Source of the DNA: an uncultured Planctomycetota bacterium
GTDB lineage: Bacteria > Planctomycetota > PLA2 > JAEUHO01
Reading direction: 5' to 3'
NCBI GenBank assembly: GCA_963752285.1
Contig: CAVVXN010000005.1
Span: 1,408,001 to 1,472,000 of the forward strand
DNA: 64,000 nt
Under the pieces are notes generated by a model. That model did not search any database, was not told the DNA's origin, and worked only from the letters and a program-made list of their open reading frames with translations. Shown here in pieces: positions 1 through 8,873 of this stretch (position 1 is its first letter; every line of letters begins with the position of its first letter). A program made the translations under genes and the position numbers.

Positions 1-311
1 TCCTTCACGTGCTCGGCCGCGTCGCCGTCCATCACCACGCCGTCCCGGTACTCGAGCCGCCAGAGGCCCTGCCCCACCTGGAGGTGCACCGCGTGCGCGC
101 CGAGGTCCAGGCTCGCGACCTCGAACGCGACGCGCGTGCGGAGCGACGACTGGAAGAACACCATCCCGAGCCGGCGTCCGGACAGGAGCGGCGCGCGACC
201 GCGCGGTCCCGCGAGGACCTCGGCGTCGGAGAGCAGTCCGCGAAACTCCGCGGCGTCCACGTCGCGGAGCGAGAGGAGATGGCGGAGCGGGAGCGGGGCG
301 GGGGCGGTCAC
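1..311 (-). CDS. argF': N-acyl(acetyl/succinyl)ornithine carbamoyltransferase, ArgF' family (3' end runs off the window)
   Basis: Translated by hand from GTG at 311: ...RHLLSLRDVD...LGMVFFQSSLRTRVAFEVASLDLG...LWRLEYRDGVVMDGDAAEHVKE. It has the SLRT carbamoyl-phosphate motif and the W-x-LE...MDGD..EH insert of AOTCase/SOTCase, and lies downstream of argC-argD. Confidence 0.85.
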   Translation of the reverse strand, partial: MTAPAPLPLRHLLSLRDVDAAEFRGLLSDAEVLAGPRGRAPLLSGRRLGMVFFQSSLRTRVAFEVASLDLGAHAVHLQVGQGLWRLEYRDGVVMDGDAAEHVK

Positions 312-406
312 GGTCGCGAAACCTTACCGGCGGGCGGGCGGCGGCGGGAGCCCCGAAGCGATCTCGTCGTCGCGCGCGTCGCGAGGGCGCGCACGGGGGG
401 CCTCGG

Positions 407-1618
407 CTACCCGAGCGCCGCGGCGAGCGCCGGCGGGAACGTCGCCGCCTCCGCCTCCGTCAGCACGAGCGGCGGGAGGAGGCGGATCTGCTCGGGTCGC
501 CCGGATCCGCCGACGAGGAACCCCGACGCGCGGAGCCGCTCGACGACCGGGCGCGCCGGCCGGTCCAGGTCCACGCCGAGGAGGAGGCCCTTCCCCTGGA
601 CGGCGACGACGCCGTGGACCTCGCGAAGCCGACCCGCGAGGAGGCCCCCCACGCGGCCCGCGGCCTCCGGGAGGCGGTCCACGACGATCGTCGTGGCCAC
701 CGCCGCGATCGCGGCCGCGGCGAGCGGACCGCCGCCGAACGTCGTGCCCTGCTCACCGACCCGGATCCTCGCCGCGAGGTCCTCGCGCACGAAGACGACC
801 CCGGCGGGAAAGCCGCCGGCGACGCCCTTCGCGCCGGTGATGAGGTCGGGCCGGACGCCCACGCCCTCGCCGAAGAACAGGGTGCCCGTGCGCCCGAAGC
901 CCGTCTGGACCTCGTCGAACACGAGCAGCGCGCCCGTCCGGTCGCACACGCGGCGGAGCGCGGCGAACCACGCGTCGGGCGCTACGCGGACCCCCCCCAT
1001 CGACGGGATCGGCTCGAGCAGCACGGCGGCGACCTCGTCGGTGACCGCGTCCTCGAGCGCGTCCACGTCGCCGTACGGGACGAAGACGTGGCCGGGGGGC
1101 AGGGGGTACGCGGGGTCGCGGTACGACGCGAGCCCCGTGGCGCCGAGCGCGCCGAGCGTTCGACCGTGGAACCCCTCGCGCATCGAGACGACCTTCGGCC
1201 GTCCCGTGTGCTTGCGCGCGATCTTGAGCGCGGTCTCGTTCGCCTCGGCACCGCTGTTGCACAGGAAGACGCGGCGGAGTCCCTCCGGTGCGAGGTTCGC
1301 GAGCAGGTGGACCGCGCGGGCGCGCACGTCCGAGTAGACGAGGTTGCTGTAGAAGACGAGGCGCCGGGCCTGGGCCTCGAGCGCGCCCAGGAGGCGCGGC
1401 GGGCGGTGGCCGACCAGCGCGACCGCGTGGCCGCCGTACAGGTCGAGGTACCGCCGGCCCTCCGCGTCTACGACGGTCGAGCCCTCGCCCTCTACGAGCA
1501 CGACCGGGATCTTCGCGTACGTAGGGACTTGCCAGAGGTCCTCCTCGCGACGCGCCGCGTCGGCGTCGGCCGGCAGCGGACCGACGAACCGCTCGAGGTC
1601 CTCGCGCGCAGAGCTCAC
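407..1618 (-). CDS. argD: Acetylornithine/succinylornithine aminotransferase (class III PLP)
   Basis: Motifs YLDLYGGHAV, FLCNSGAEANE, GFHGRT, DEVQTGFGRTG, AKGVAGGFP, GTTFGGGP. GTG start at 1618 overlaps the argC stop (GTGA). Confidence 0.88.
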   Translation of the reverse strand: MSSAREDLERFVGPLPADADAARREEDLWQVPTYAKIPVVLVEGEGSTVVDAEGRRYLDLYGGHAVALVGHRPPRLLGALEAQARRLVFYSNLVYSDVRARAVHLLANLAPEGLRRVFLCNSGAEANETALKIARKHTGRPKVVSMREGFHGRTLGALGATGLASYRDPAYPLPPGHVFVPYGDVDALEDAVTDEVAAVLLEPIPSMGGVRVAPDAWFAALRRVCDRTGALLVFDEVQTGFGRTGTLFFGEGVGVRPDLITGAKGVAGGFPAGVVFVREDLAARIRVGEQGTTFGGGPLAAAAIAAVATTIVVDRLPEAAGRVGGLLAGRLREVHGVVAVQGKGLLLGVDLDRPARPVVERLRASGFLVGGSGRPEQIRLLPPLVLTEAEAATFPPALAAALG

Positions 1619-2637
1619 AGCCCGAGCCCCGGCCGCGACAGGCCCGCGCGCTCCTCGAGGCCGAACACGAGGTTCAGGTTCTGCACGGCCGCGCCCGCCA
1701 TGCCCTTGCCGAGGTTGTCGAGCGCCACGGTTACGCAGGCCATCTCGTCCTCGACGAGGACGCTCACGTCGGCGAGGTTCGTCCCCACGACCGCGCGGAG
1801 TTCGGGAGGCGCATCGAGGAGGCGCACGAACGGCTCCGCGCCGTACGCCTCCTCGAACGCGGCCCGAACCGCCTCGCGCCCCGCCGTGACGGGGACGAGC
1901 GCCGTCACGTAGATGCCGCGCGCGAACGGCGCGGAGCACGGGACGAAGCCGAGTCGCGTGGCGGGCCCGAGCGCCTGGCGGATCTCCGGGAGGTGCTGGT
2001 GCGCGAGCGGACGGTAGGCCTTGAAGTTCGAGAAGCGCTCCGGGTGGTGGGTCCCCGGCTTCGGCTCGGCGCCGGAGCCGGAGGAGCCCGTGACGCTCGT
2101 GACGCCCGCGGGGCCCGCGAGGAGGCCGCGCGCCGCGAGGGGCCAGAGCGCGAGGATCGTCGCCGTCGCGTGGCAGCCCGGGTTCGCCACGAGGCGCGCG
2201 CCCCGGATCGTCGCCCGCCGGCCGATCTCGGGGAGACCGTACGCGGCCTTTGCGAGGCGTTCGGGGTGCGGGTGCTCGAACCCGTACCAGACGGGGTAGA
2301 GCGTCGGGTCCCCGAGGCGGAAGTCGCCGGAGAGGTCGATCACGACCAGGTCCGGCGCCTCGTCGAGCAGGCGCGGCGTCTCCTCCGCCGAGACCCCGTG
2401 CGGACGCGCCTGGAACACGACGTCCACGGAGCGGGCGATCTCGAGGACCCGTCCCGGCTCCTCGCGCGTCAGCTCGAGGTCGGTGAAGCCCCGGAGGTGC
2501 GGGTGCACCGCGGCCACGGGGCCCACGCGACTCCGACTCGTGACGGCCACGACCTCGACCTCGGGGTGGTCGAGGAGGAGACGGACGAGCTCCATCCCCC
2601 CGTAGCCGGTGCCTCCGAAGATCGCGGCCCGGATCAT
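1615..2637 (-). CDS. argC: N-acetyl-gamma-glutamyl-phosphate reductase
   Basis: GGTGYGG Rossmann motif, DLSGDFRL, YGLPE, catalytic ANPGC, DNLGKGMAGAAVQNLN. ATG at 2637 overlaps the mdh stop. Confidence 0.92.
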   Translation of the reverse strand: MIRAAIFGGTGYGGMELVRLLLDHPEVEVVAVTSRSRVGPVAAVHPHLRGFTDLELTREEPGRVLEIARSVDVVFQARPHGVSAEETPRLLDEAPDLVVIDLSGDFRLGDPTLYPVWYGFEHPHPERLAKAAYGLPEIGRRATIRGARLVANPGCHATATILALWPLAARGLLAGPAGVTSVTGSSGSGAEPKPGTHHPERFSNFKAYRPLAHQHLPEIRQALGPATRLGFVPCSAPFARGIYVTALVPVTAGREAVRAAFEEAYGAEPFVRLLDAPPELRAVVGTNLADVSVLVEDEMACVTVALDNLGKGMAGAAVQNLNLVFGLEERAGLSRPGLGL

Positions 2638-3569
2638 CCGACGGCGAGGGCCTTCACTTCCTCGATGCCTTGCGAGACGGACGCGGCCGACTTCTGGAGC
2701 GCGGCCGTCTCCTCGGCGTCGAGCGGCAGCTCGACGATGCGCTTCACGCCGCGCGCGCCGAGGGCCACGGGCAGGCCGCAGTACGTGCCGTGGAGCCCGT
2801 AGACGCCGTCCGCCCACGTGCTGCAGGGCAGGATCCTGCCGCTGTCGTGGAGGATCGCCTCGGCCATCACGACCGCGCTCGAGCCCGGCGCGTAGTACGC
2901 GCTGCCGGTCCCGAGGAGCTTCACGATCTCGCCGCCGCCCTTGCGCGTGCGGTCCACGATCGCCGCGAGGCGGTCCTTCGGGACCAGCTCGGTCACGGTC
3001 ACGCCGTTCACGGTGCTGAAGCGCGGGAGCGGGACCATCGTGTCGCCGTGGCCGCCGAGGACCATCGCCTTGACGTCCTTCGGCGAGCAGCCGACCTCCA
3101 TCGCGATGAAGGCCGCGAAGCGCGCGGAGTCGAGCATGCCGGCCATGCCGACGACGCGGCCCGGCTCGAAGCCGGACTCCTGCTGGACCACCCACGTCAT
3201 CACGTCGAGGGGGTTCGTGACGGTGACCACGACGGCGTCGGGGGCCTGCTCCCGCAGGATGCGGCCGGCCGAGCGTGCGATCTCGACGTTCTTCCGGAGC
3301 AGGTCCATGCGGTCCATGCCGGGCTTGCGGGGGAAGCCGGCCGCGACGATCACGACCTCCGAGCCCTCGAGGACCGCGGGGTCGTGCGACCCGGTGATCC
3401 GCGCGTCGTAGGCGAGCACGGGGCCCGCCTGGGTCATGTCCAGGGCCTTGCCGGCGGGAACGCCCTCGCAGATGTCGTACAGCGCCACGTCGCCGAGGTC
3501 CCGCGTCGCCGCCACGAACGCCGCCGTGGCGCCCACGTTGCCGCCGCCCAGGATGCCGATCTTCCGCAT
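2634..3569 (-). CDS. mdh: Malate dehydrogenase (LDH-like type)
   Basis: MRKIGILGGGNVG, AGFPRKPGMDRMDLL, TNPLD, GMAGMLDSARF, GGHGD, GSAYYAP. Confidence 0.95.
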   Translation of the reverse strand: MRKIGILGGGNVGATAAFVAATRDLGDVALYDICEGVPAGKALDMTQAGPVLAYDARITGSHDPAVLEGSEVVIVAAGFPRKPGMDRMDLLRKNVEIARSAGRILREQAPDAVVVTVTNPLDVMTWVVQQESGFEPGRVVGMAGMLDSARFAAFIAMEVGCSPKDVKAMVLGGHGDTMVPLPRFSTVNGVTVTELVPKDRLAAIVDRTRKGGGEIVKLLGTGSAYYAPGSSAVVMAEAILHDSGRILPCSTWADGVYGLHGTYCGLPVALGARGVKRIVELPLDAEETAALQKSAASVSQGIEEVKALAVG

Positions 3570-3712
3570 CGTCGCTCCTCGTCGGACCCGGGGATGGGCC
3601 CCTCGCGAGGATAGGAGCCTCCCCGCGCACCCCCAAGGCGAGCCGGGGGCGCGAAGGGGACCGGGACCGTAGACCGCGCGGGCCGGCCGCGGTCCCCGGG
3701 GGCGCGAGGGAC

Positions 3713-5149
3713 TCAGAGGAGCGGGGCGAGGAGGCGGGCGCCGCCCGAGAGGAGACGGCGGACTCGGGAGCGGGCGGCGAGGCCGTCCAGGGTGTAGGGG
3801 GTGGACCGCGCGAGGATCCGCCCGAGCGCGTCCTCGAGCTCCGACACCTCGCGCGCGCCGTCCAGGACGGCCATCTGCTCGAAGTTCAGGTGGAGCGAGC
3901 GGTTGTCGAGGTTGGCGGTGCCGATCATCCCCCAGGCGCCGTCTACCGCGACCGCCTTCGCGTGCATCATGCCCGGCCGGTACCCGTGGACCCGGACGCC
4001 GGCCTCGAGGAGCTCGCTCATCATCCACTCGCCGCAGAGCTGCGCGATCCGGATGTCGCCGGGCGGCCACTGGGTCACGATGTCCACCTCGACCCCGGAG
4101 CGGGCCGCCGACGCGAGGGCGTCGCGGAGCGTGGGGTCGGGCACCAGGTACGGCGTCGCGACGAGGATCCGCGTCCTCGCCCGCACGAACGCCCCGAAGA
4201 ACGCCTCGCGGATCGCGTTCACGTCCTGGTGCGGCCCCCCCGGCAGGATCTGGACGGTCGCGTCGCCCGCAGGCTCGAGCCGGGGGTAGTAGGCCGGGGC
4301 GGCGAGCAGCGCGCCCGTGGCGAAGTCCCAGTCGTCCACGAACATCCGCTGGAGGTCCACGACGCTCGGCCCGCGGAGCTCGACGTGGAGGTCGCACCAG
4401 TCCCGGCCCCGCCCGTAGCGGCCGAGGTACTCGGCGCCCACGTTCAGGCCGCCGAAGAACGCGACGCGCCCGTCGCAGACGACCGTCTTCCGGTGGTTTC
4501 TGAGGTTCGGCGTGACGCGCTTCCCGAAGGGCCGCACGGGGAGGAACTCGGCGAGCTCGCCGCCGGCCCGCTCGAGGCGGCGGAACATGCGCCGCGCCCC
4601 CATCGAGCCGATCGCGTCCACGAGCACGCGGACCTCGACGCCCGCCCGCGCCCGCTCGGCCAGGAGCTCGGTCGCGTACCGACCGAGGTCGTCGTCGCGC
4701 ACGATGTAGAACTCGACGTGCACGTGGTGCTCGGCGGCCCGGACCGCGTCCTCCATGGCCTGGAAGGCGGCGATGCCCTCCGTGTAGAGGACGAGCCGGT
4801 TCCCCGTCCGTCGCGGCCCCTCGCCGAGGTCCTCGAGCACACGACCGAGCCGACGCCACGGCGGGTCGGCCCCGTCGCCGCCCTCCGTCTCGCCCGGCGC
4901 GGGGAGCCGGCGCGCGAACGACTCATGGTGGCGGATGCGACGGCGGAGGCGCCGCGGCACGCGGTTCGAGCCGAACACGAGGAACAGCCCGAGCCCGAGT
5001 CCCGGCAGGAACACGATCGCGAGGGACCACCCGAGCGCGGCCGCCGGCTCGCGACGTCGGAGGAGGGCCGCCACCACGCCGGCCACCATGAGGACGAGCC
5101 AGAGCCAGCCGAAGACGCCGAGGAGCCACGATCCGATCGCGGCGACCAC
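3713..5149 (-). CDS. cls: Cardiolipin synthase (PLD family)
   Basis: N-terminal TM/PLDc_N segment and two HKD motifs (NHRKTVVCDG, MHAKAVAVDG...GTANLDNRS). Confidence 0.92.
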   Translation of the reverse strand: MVAAIGSWLLGVFGWLWLVLMVAGVVAALLRRREPAAALGWSLAIVFLPGLGLGLFLVFGSNRVPRRLRRRIRHHESFARRLPAPGETEGGDGADPPWRRLGRVLEDLGEGPRRTGNRLVLYTEGIAAFQAMEDAVRAAEHHVHVEFYIVRDDDLGRYATELLAERARAGVEVRVLVDAIGSMGARRMFRRLERAGGELAEFLPVRPFGKRVTPNLRNHRKTVVCDGRVAFFGGLNVGAEYLGRYGRGRDWCDLHVELRGPSVVDLQRMFVDDWDFATGALLAAPAYYPRLEPAGDATVQILPGGPHQDVNAIREAFFGAFVRARTRILVATPYLVPDPTLRDALASAARSGVEVDIVTQWPPGDIRIAQLCGEWMMSELLEAGVRVHGYRPGMMHAKAVAVDGAWGMIGTANLDNRSLHLNFEQMAVLDGAREVSELEDALGRILARSTPYTLDGLAARSRVRRLLSGGARLLAPLL

Positions 5150-5158
5150 CGGACCGGC

Positions 5159-6664
5159 TCAACGCACGTTCGGCGAGCGGACGATCGGCGGAGGAGGAGG
5201 CGGCGGCGGCGGCGGGCTCGACGCCCCGGAACCGCCGGAGGGCACGCCGCTGGAGCCGGCGGGCACGGACGCGCCCGGCGGCGACGACGCGCGCGGCGAC
5301 GACGCGCGCGGCGCGTTCTCCTCGAGCAGCCGCGTCAGCCGCTCCTCGAGTGCGTGGTAGTCCTCGACGCTCGACTGGAACGACGCGAGCGCCCGACGGA
5401 GCAACGCCTGGGCCTCGGGGTCCGCGGGCGGCGAGCGGAGGGCGTCGCGGACGGTGGCGGCCGCGCGGTCCATGCGCTCCATCGCACGCACGTAGCTCTG
5501 CATGGTGGCGCGCAGGTTGTCGAACGCGACCTCCTCGCCGGAGGGCTCGTTCAGGAGGACCCACGGCTGCGACCGGATCTTCTCGGTCGCGTCCACGAGG
5601 TTCTGGCCCGCGTCGGTCAAGAGGTTCATGAGGCCGTGCACGTCGGTGCCCACGCCCTCGAGCAGCCGGGAGACGCGCGGGCCGTTGGAGCGGAGGTCGT
5701 CCGAGAGCGCGGCGAGGTTCGTGCCCACCCGCCCCACGTCGTCCAGGAACGCGTCGAGCTTGGGGCCGGCCTTCGCGACGATCGCGTCGAGCCGCCCCGT
5801 CGTGGTCTTCATCCGGCCGAGGATCTCCCCCACGTCCTTGTCGGCGTTCTCGGCGAGGTGCGCGCCGCTCGCCGCCATCCGGCGGAAGTCGGCGAGGGTC
5901 GCCGTGAGGCCGTCGGCGATGCCGCCGATCCGGTCCCCGAGGGTCGTCGCGGTGGCGCGGAGCGACGCGGTCGCCGCCGCGACGTCGTCGAGGGCTTGCT
6001 TGACCTTCTCGCTCTCGATGACGTTCTTGCGCAACGAGGAGATCGTGTCGCGCGCCTCGTCCGCGGCCGCGCCGGCCTTTTGGAAGGTCGTACGCGCCTC
6101 GCCGATGAGCCCCTTCAGGTCCTCCGCCACCTCGTCCGCGCGCTCCGCGATCTCGGTGAGGCCCGGGGACTGGAGCACGCGGATCGGGCTCTTCGCGATC
6201 TCCTCGTCCGAGAGGTTCTGCCGGGACAGCCCGGGGACCAGACGGAGGTTCCGCGAGCCGGTGATCGTCTCGCTGATCTTCCCCGCCGTGCCGACGGGGA
6301 CGACGAGGTCCGCGCGCACCTCGGCGACGGCGAGGACGTACGTCACGCGGGCCGCGGCGTCCGGAGGCAAGGTCTCGAGGCCCGACTCGAGGAGGAGCTG
6401 CTGTCGCTCGGAGCTCGTGAGCTCGTCGCCGCGGTGGACCTCCGTCCGGAACGCGACGTCCTTCACCTTGCCCACCTCGACGCCGCCCACGTTGATCGGG
6501 TCGCCCGCCCGCGGCGCGAGCGCGCCCGGTTCGATCCAGAGCGTGAGGGTGCGCCAGTGGCCGAAGACGCGTCCCCCGGTCGCGAGGAGGAGGAGCGCGA
6601 CCAGCACGCCGCTCGCGACCAGCACGACGAGACCGGCCTTGACCTCGGCGCTCCGAGACTGCAT
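5159..6664 (-). CDS. MlaD/MCE-family lipid transport protein with long helical region
   Basis: N-terminal anchor EVKAGLVVLVA, MCE-like GDPINVGGVEVGKVKDV, long coiled region ending in IRSQPWVLL, Pro-rich tail; adjacent to an MlaE-like gene. Confidence 0.8.
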   Translation of the reverse strand: MQSRSAEVKAGLVVLVASGVLVALLLLATGGRVFGHWRTLTLWIEPGALAPRAGDPINVGGVEVGKVKDVAFRTEVHRGDELTSSERQQLLLESGLETLPPDAAARVTYVLAVAEVRADLVVPVGTAGKISETITGSRNLRLVPGLSRQNLSDEEIAKSPIRVLQSPGLTEIAERADEVAEDLKGLIGEARTTFQKAGAAADEARDTISSLRKNVIESEKVKQALDDVAAATASLRATATTLGDRIGGIADGLTATLADFRRMAASGAHLAENADKDVGEILGRMKTTTGRLDAIVAKAGPKLDAFLDDVGRVGTNLAALSDDLRSNGPRVSRLLEGVGTDVHGLMNLLTDAGQNLVDATEKIRSQPWVLLNEPSGEEVAFDNLRATMQSYVRAMERMDRAAATVRDALRSPPADPEAQALLRRALASFQSSVEDYHALEERLTRLLEENAPRASSPRASSPPGASVPAGSSGVPSGGSGASSPPPPPPPPPPIVRSPNVR

Positions 6665-6832
6665 CCGTACGTGCCCTCGCCCCGTCCGCCCGCTGCCGAC
6701 CGGACCGTCCTCGACCTCCCAGCGCCACCAATCCTAGCAGGCCGCCCGGTCCCGCCCGGCGTTCCTCGTCTCGGGCCTCGGCGGACCCGGCGGGGACCCG
6801 CGCGGTCCACCCGCGACTCGATCCCCGGCTCG

Positions 6833-7648
6833 TCAGAGGCGGAAGAGCAGGAAGTAGTTGAGGATCGCGTCCGTGATGATGATCGCGATGATCGACGTCA
6901 CGACCGCGTTCGTCGTGACGCGCCCGACGCCCTCCGCACCGCCCTTCACCTGGAAGCCCTGGTAGCAGCCGACCGTCCCGATGATCGTCCCGAAGACCGC
7001 GGCCTTGAAGAGGCCGCGCCACACGTCCGACCCGGTGAGCTGCGTCCAGGCCTGTTCGAAGAAGATCTGCGGCGAGAGCCCGAGCACGCCGACGGCGACG
7101 ATCAGGCCCCCGAGGATCCCCAGGACGTCTCCGAGCAGCGTGACGCAGGGGATCATCACCATGGTCGCCAGAACGCGCGGCGCCACGATGTAGCGCACGG
7201 GGTTCAGCGCCATCGTCTGCATGGCGGTCGTCTCCTCCGTGACGACCATCGTCCCGATCTCCGCCGCGAAGGCCGCGCCGATGTAGCCGGTCATGATGAT
7301 GCCGGTCAGGAGCGGCCCCAGCTCGAGCACGACCCCCACGCTCATCAGGTTGCCGACGTAGCGCGTGAACCCGAGCGTCAGGAGGATGTTCCCGCCGATC
7401 AGCGCGAGGATCAGCCCCACGAACAGGTTCACCAGGAACACCACGCCGAGCGACTGCGGCCCCACCCGGAGCGACTGGGCCACGAAGTCGCGCTCGCGAA
7501 CCGGCCGCCCGCGCCAGGGCCCGACCGCCGCGTGGTAGAGGGCGGCCCGGAGCATCAGGAACACCCCGCCCACGAAACGGGCCAGCCCGAGGGACCGCGC
7601 GCCGAGGGCGGCGACCGGACCGGAGGACCTGGAGGCGGGCTCGGCCAC
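6833..7648 (-). CDS. mlaE: MlaE-family ABC permease
   Basis: ELGPLLTGIIMTGYIGAAFAAEIGTMVVTEE...LNPVRYIVAPRV...GGAEGVGRVTTNAVV. Confidence 0.88.
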   Translation of the reverse strand: MAEPASRSSGPVAALGARSLGLARFVGGVFLMLRAALYHAAVGPWRGRPVRERDFVAQSLRVGPQSLGVVFLVNLFVGLILALIGGNILLTLGFTRYVGNLMSVGVVLELGPLLTGIIMTGYIGAAFAAEIGTMVVTEETTAMQTMALNPVRYIVAPRVLATMVMIPCVTLLGDVLGILGGLIVAVGVLGLSPQIFFEQAWTQLTGSDVWRGLFKAAVFGTIIGTVGCYQGFQVKGGAEGVGRVTTNAVVTSIIAIIITDAILNYFLLFRL

Positions 7649-7653
7649 GGCGT

Positions 7654-7983
7654 TCAGACCCGGAGGGCCTCGTCGCGCGTCTCGCGGATGTCGAAGATCG
7701 AGGTCAGGTTCGAGAGGCGGAACAGGTTCTTCACGCCGGGCGCGAGACCGACGAGCCGGAGCTTCCCGCCGTACCGGCCGGCTCCCTGCAGCGCCTCGAT
7801 GAGCGTCGCGAGCCCGCTCGAGTCGATGAAGGAAACCGACGTGAGGTCGGCGACGAGCGGCGTCGCGCGCCGGTCGAGGGCCTGCCTCAGGTGCTGCCGG
7901 AGCTCGGGGCTCGTGTGCATGTCCACCTGACCTTCCACGATCAGGAGGATGGCGGATCCATGGTCTTCACGTTGCACGTTCAT
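7654..7983 (-). CDS. STAS-domain anti-sigma factor antagonist (RsbV/SpoIIAA-like)
   Basis: 109 aa, with GQVDMHTSPELR and DLTSVSFIDSSGLATL (phospho-acceptor Ser motif). Confidence 0.9.
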   Translation of the reverse strand: MNVQREDHGSAILLIVEGQVDMHTSPELRQHLRQALDRRATPLVADLTSVSFIDSSGLATLIEALQGAGRYGGKLRLVGLAPGVKNLFRLSNLTSIFDIRETRDEALRV

Positions 7984-8441
7984 CGGGGGTGGTCCTCGGG
8001 GGGGGGCGACGGCTCGGGCTCCGCTCGGCGCCTGAGGAGGGTGAGCGTCGTGCCCCCGTGCTCGTTCTTGCGGTACTCGACGCTGTCCATCGTGGATCGC
8101 ATCAGGTGGACGCCCAGGCCGCCCGGTCTCAGGTCTTCGAGCGCGCGCGACCGGATCTGCGCCGGGTCCACGAACTCGCCGTAGTCCTCGATCTCGAGGC
8201 GGAACGTGCCCGGCGGGGCGTAGAGCCGGAGGTCGATCGCCTGGTCGGTGGCGCCCCGGTACCCGTGACGCATCACGTTCGTCACGCCCTCGGTGACGCC
8301 GAGGACGATGCGCTCGCGGTCCTCGCCCCGGAAGCCGGCGGCCTCGGCGCCCTCGGCGGCGAGCGCCCGGACGAGGGGCAGGAAGCGCGGGTGGCTGGGG
8401 AGCCGGACGAAGACCTCGTCCGGGCGGGCGGAGGTGCTCAC
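7980..8441 (-). CDS. RsbW/SpoIIAB-like anti-sigma Ser kinase (HATPase_c)
   Basis: EGVTNVMRHGY (N box), IEDYG, GGLGVHLMRS, GTTLTL. GTG start at 8441 overlaps the upstream stop. Confidence 0.85.
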   Translation of the reverse strand: MSTSARPDEVFVRLPSHPRFLPLVRALAAEGAEAAGFRGEDRERIVLGVTEGVTNVMRHGYRGATDQAIDLRLYAPPGTFRLEIEDYGEFVDPAQIRSRALEDLRPGGLGVHLMRSTMDSVEYRKNEHGGTTLTLLRRRAEPEPSPPPEDHPR

Positions 8442-8812
8442 GGGGTGCCTCCCGGTCGGGTCGCCGACGCGCCGCCGTTCGCGGCCCACCACGCCCGCCA
8501 GTCCCGGATCGCCTCGCGCTGCGACTCCGGCGGCGCCCAGGGGACGTAGGAGGTGTGGTGTCCCGTCAGCTTCTCCAGGCTCCCGCTCGCGGCGAGCCGC
8601 ACGGCCGGGTCCTCGTCGTCGAGGAGACCGATCAGGTCGGGCACGCGCTCGCGGTCGGCGTGCGCCCGCACCAGGAGCACCGCGCGCGTGCGCCGCGCCG
8701 GGTCGGGGTCCGTGAGGCCCTCCTCGACCTGGAGCGGGCGTCGTGCCGTGCCTCCGCATCCGAGGACGAGGAGAAGGGACAGGGCGGCGACCCGTCCACC
8801 CCTGATCGCCAT
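8438..8812 (-). CDS. Small HEAT-repeat lipoprotein
   Basis: Lipobox VLGC; HEAT-like LIGLLDDEDPAVRLAASGSLEKLTG...WRAWW. Confidence 0.7.
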   Translation of the reverse strand: MAIRGGRVAALSLLLVLGCGGTARRPLQVEEGLTDPDPARRTRAVLLVRAHADRERVPDLIGLLDDEDPAVRLAASGSLEKLTGHHTSYVPWAPPESQREAIRDWRAWWAANGGASATRPGGTP

Positions 8813-8873
8813 CGAGCGGCCTCCCGCGGCCCACCCGGCCGCGGGCGGATTCTCGGCCTATCCATGGGCATCG

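Noticed and set aside
3890..7930. Very long ORFs in the track (e.g. 3890-7930 +, 16391-20644 +, 25756-31203 +, 26024-31630 -, 54128-59620 +)
   Set aside because: They are antisense or off-frame shadows of recognisable genes; stop codons are rare at this GC content and the translations are R/G/P-rich without motifs.
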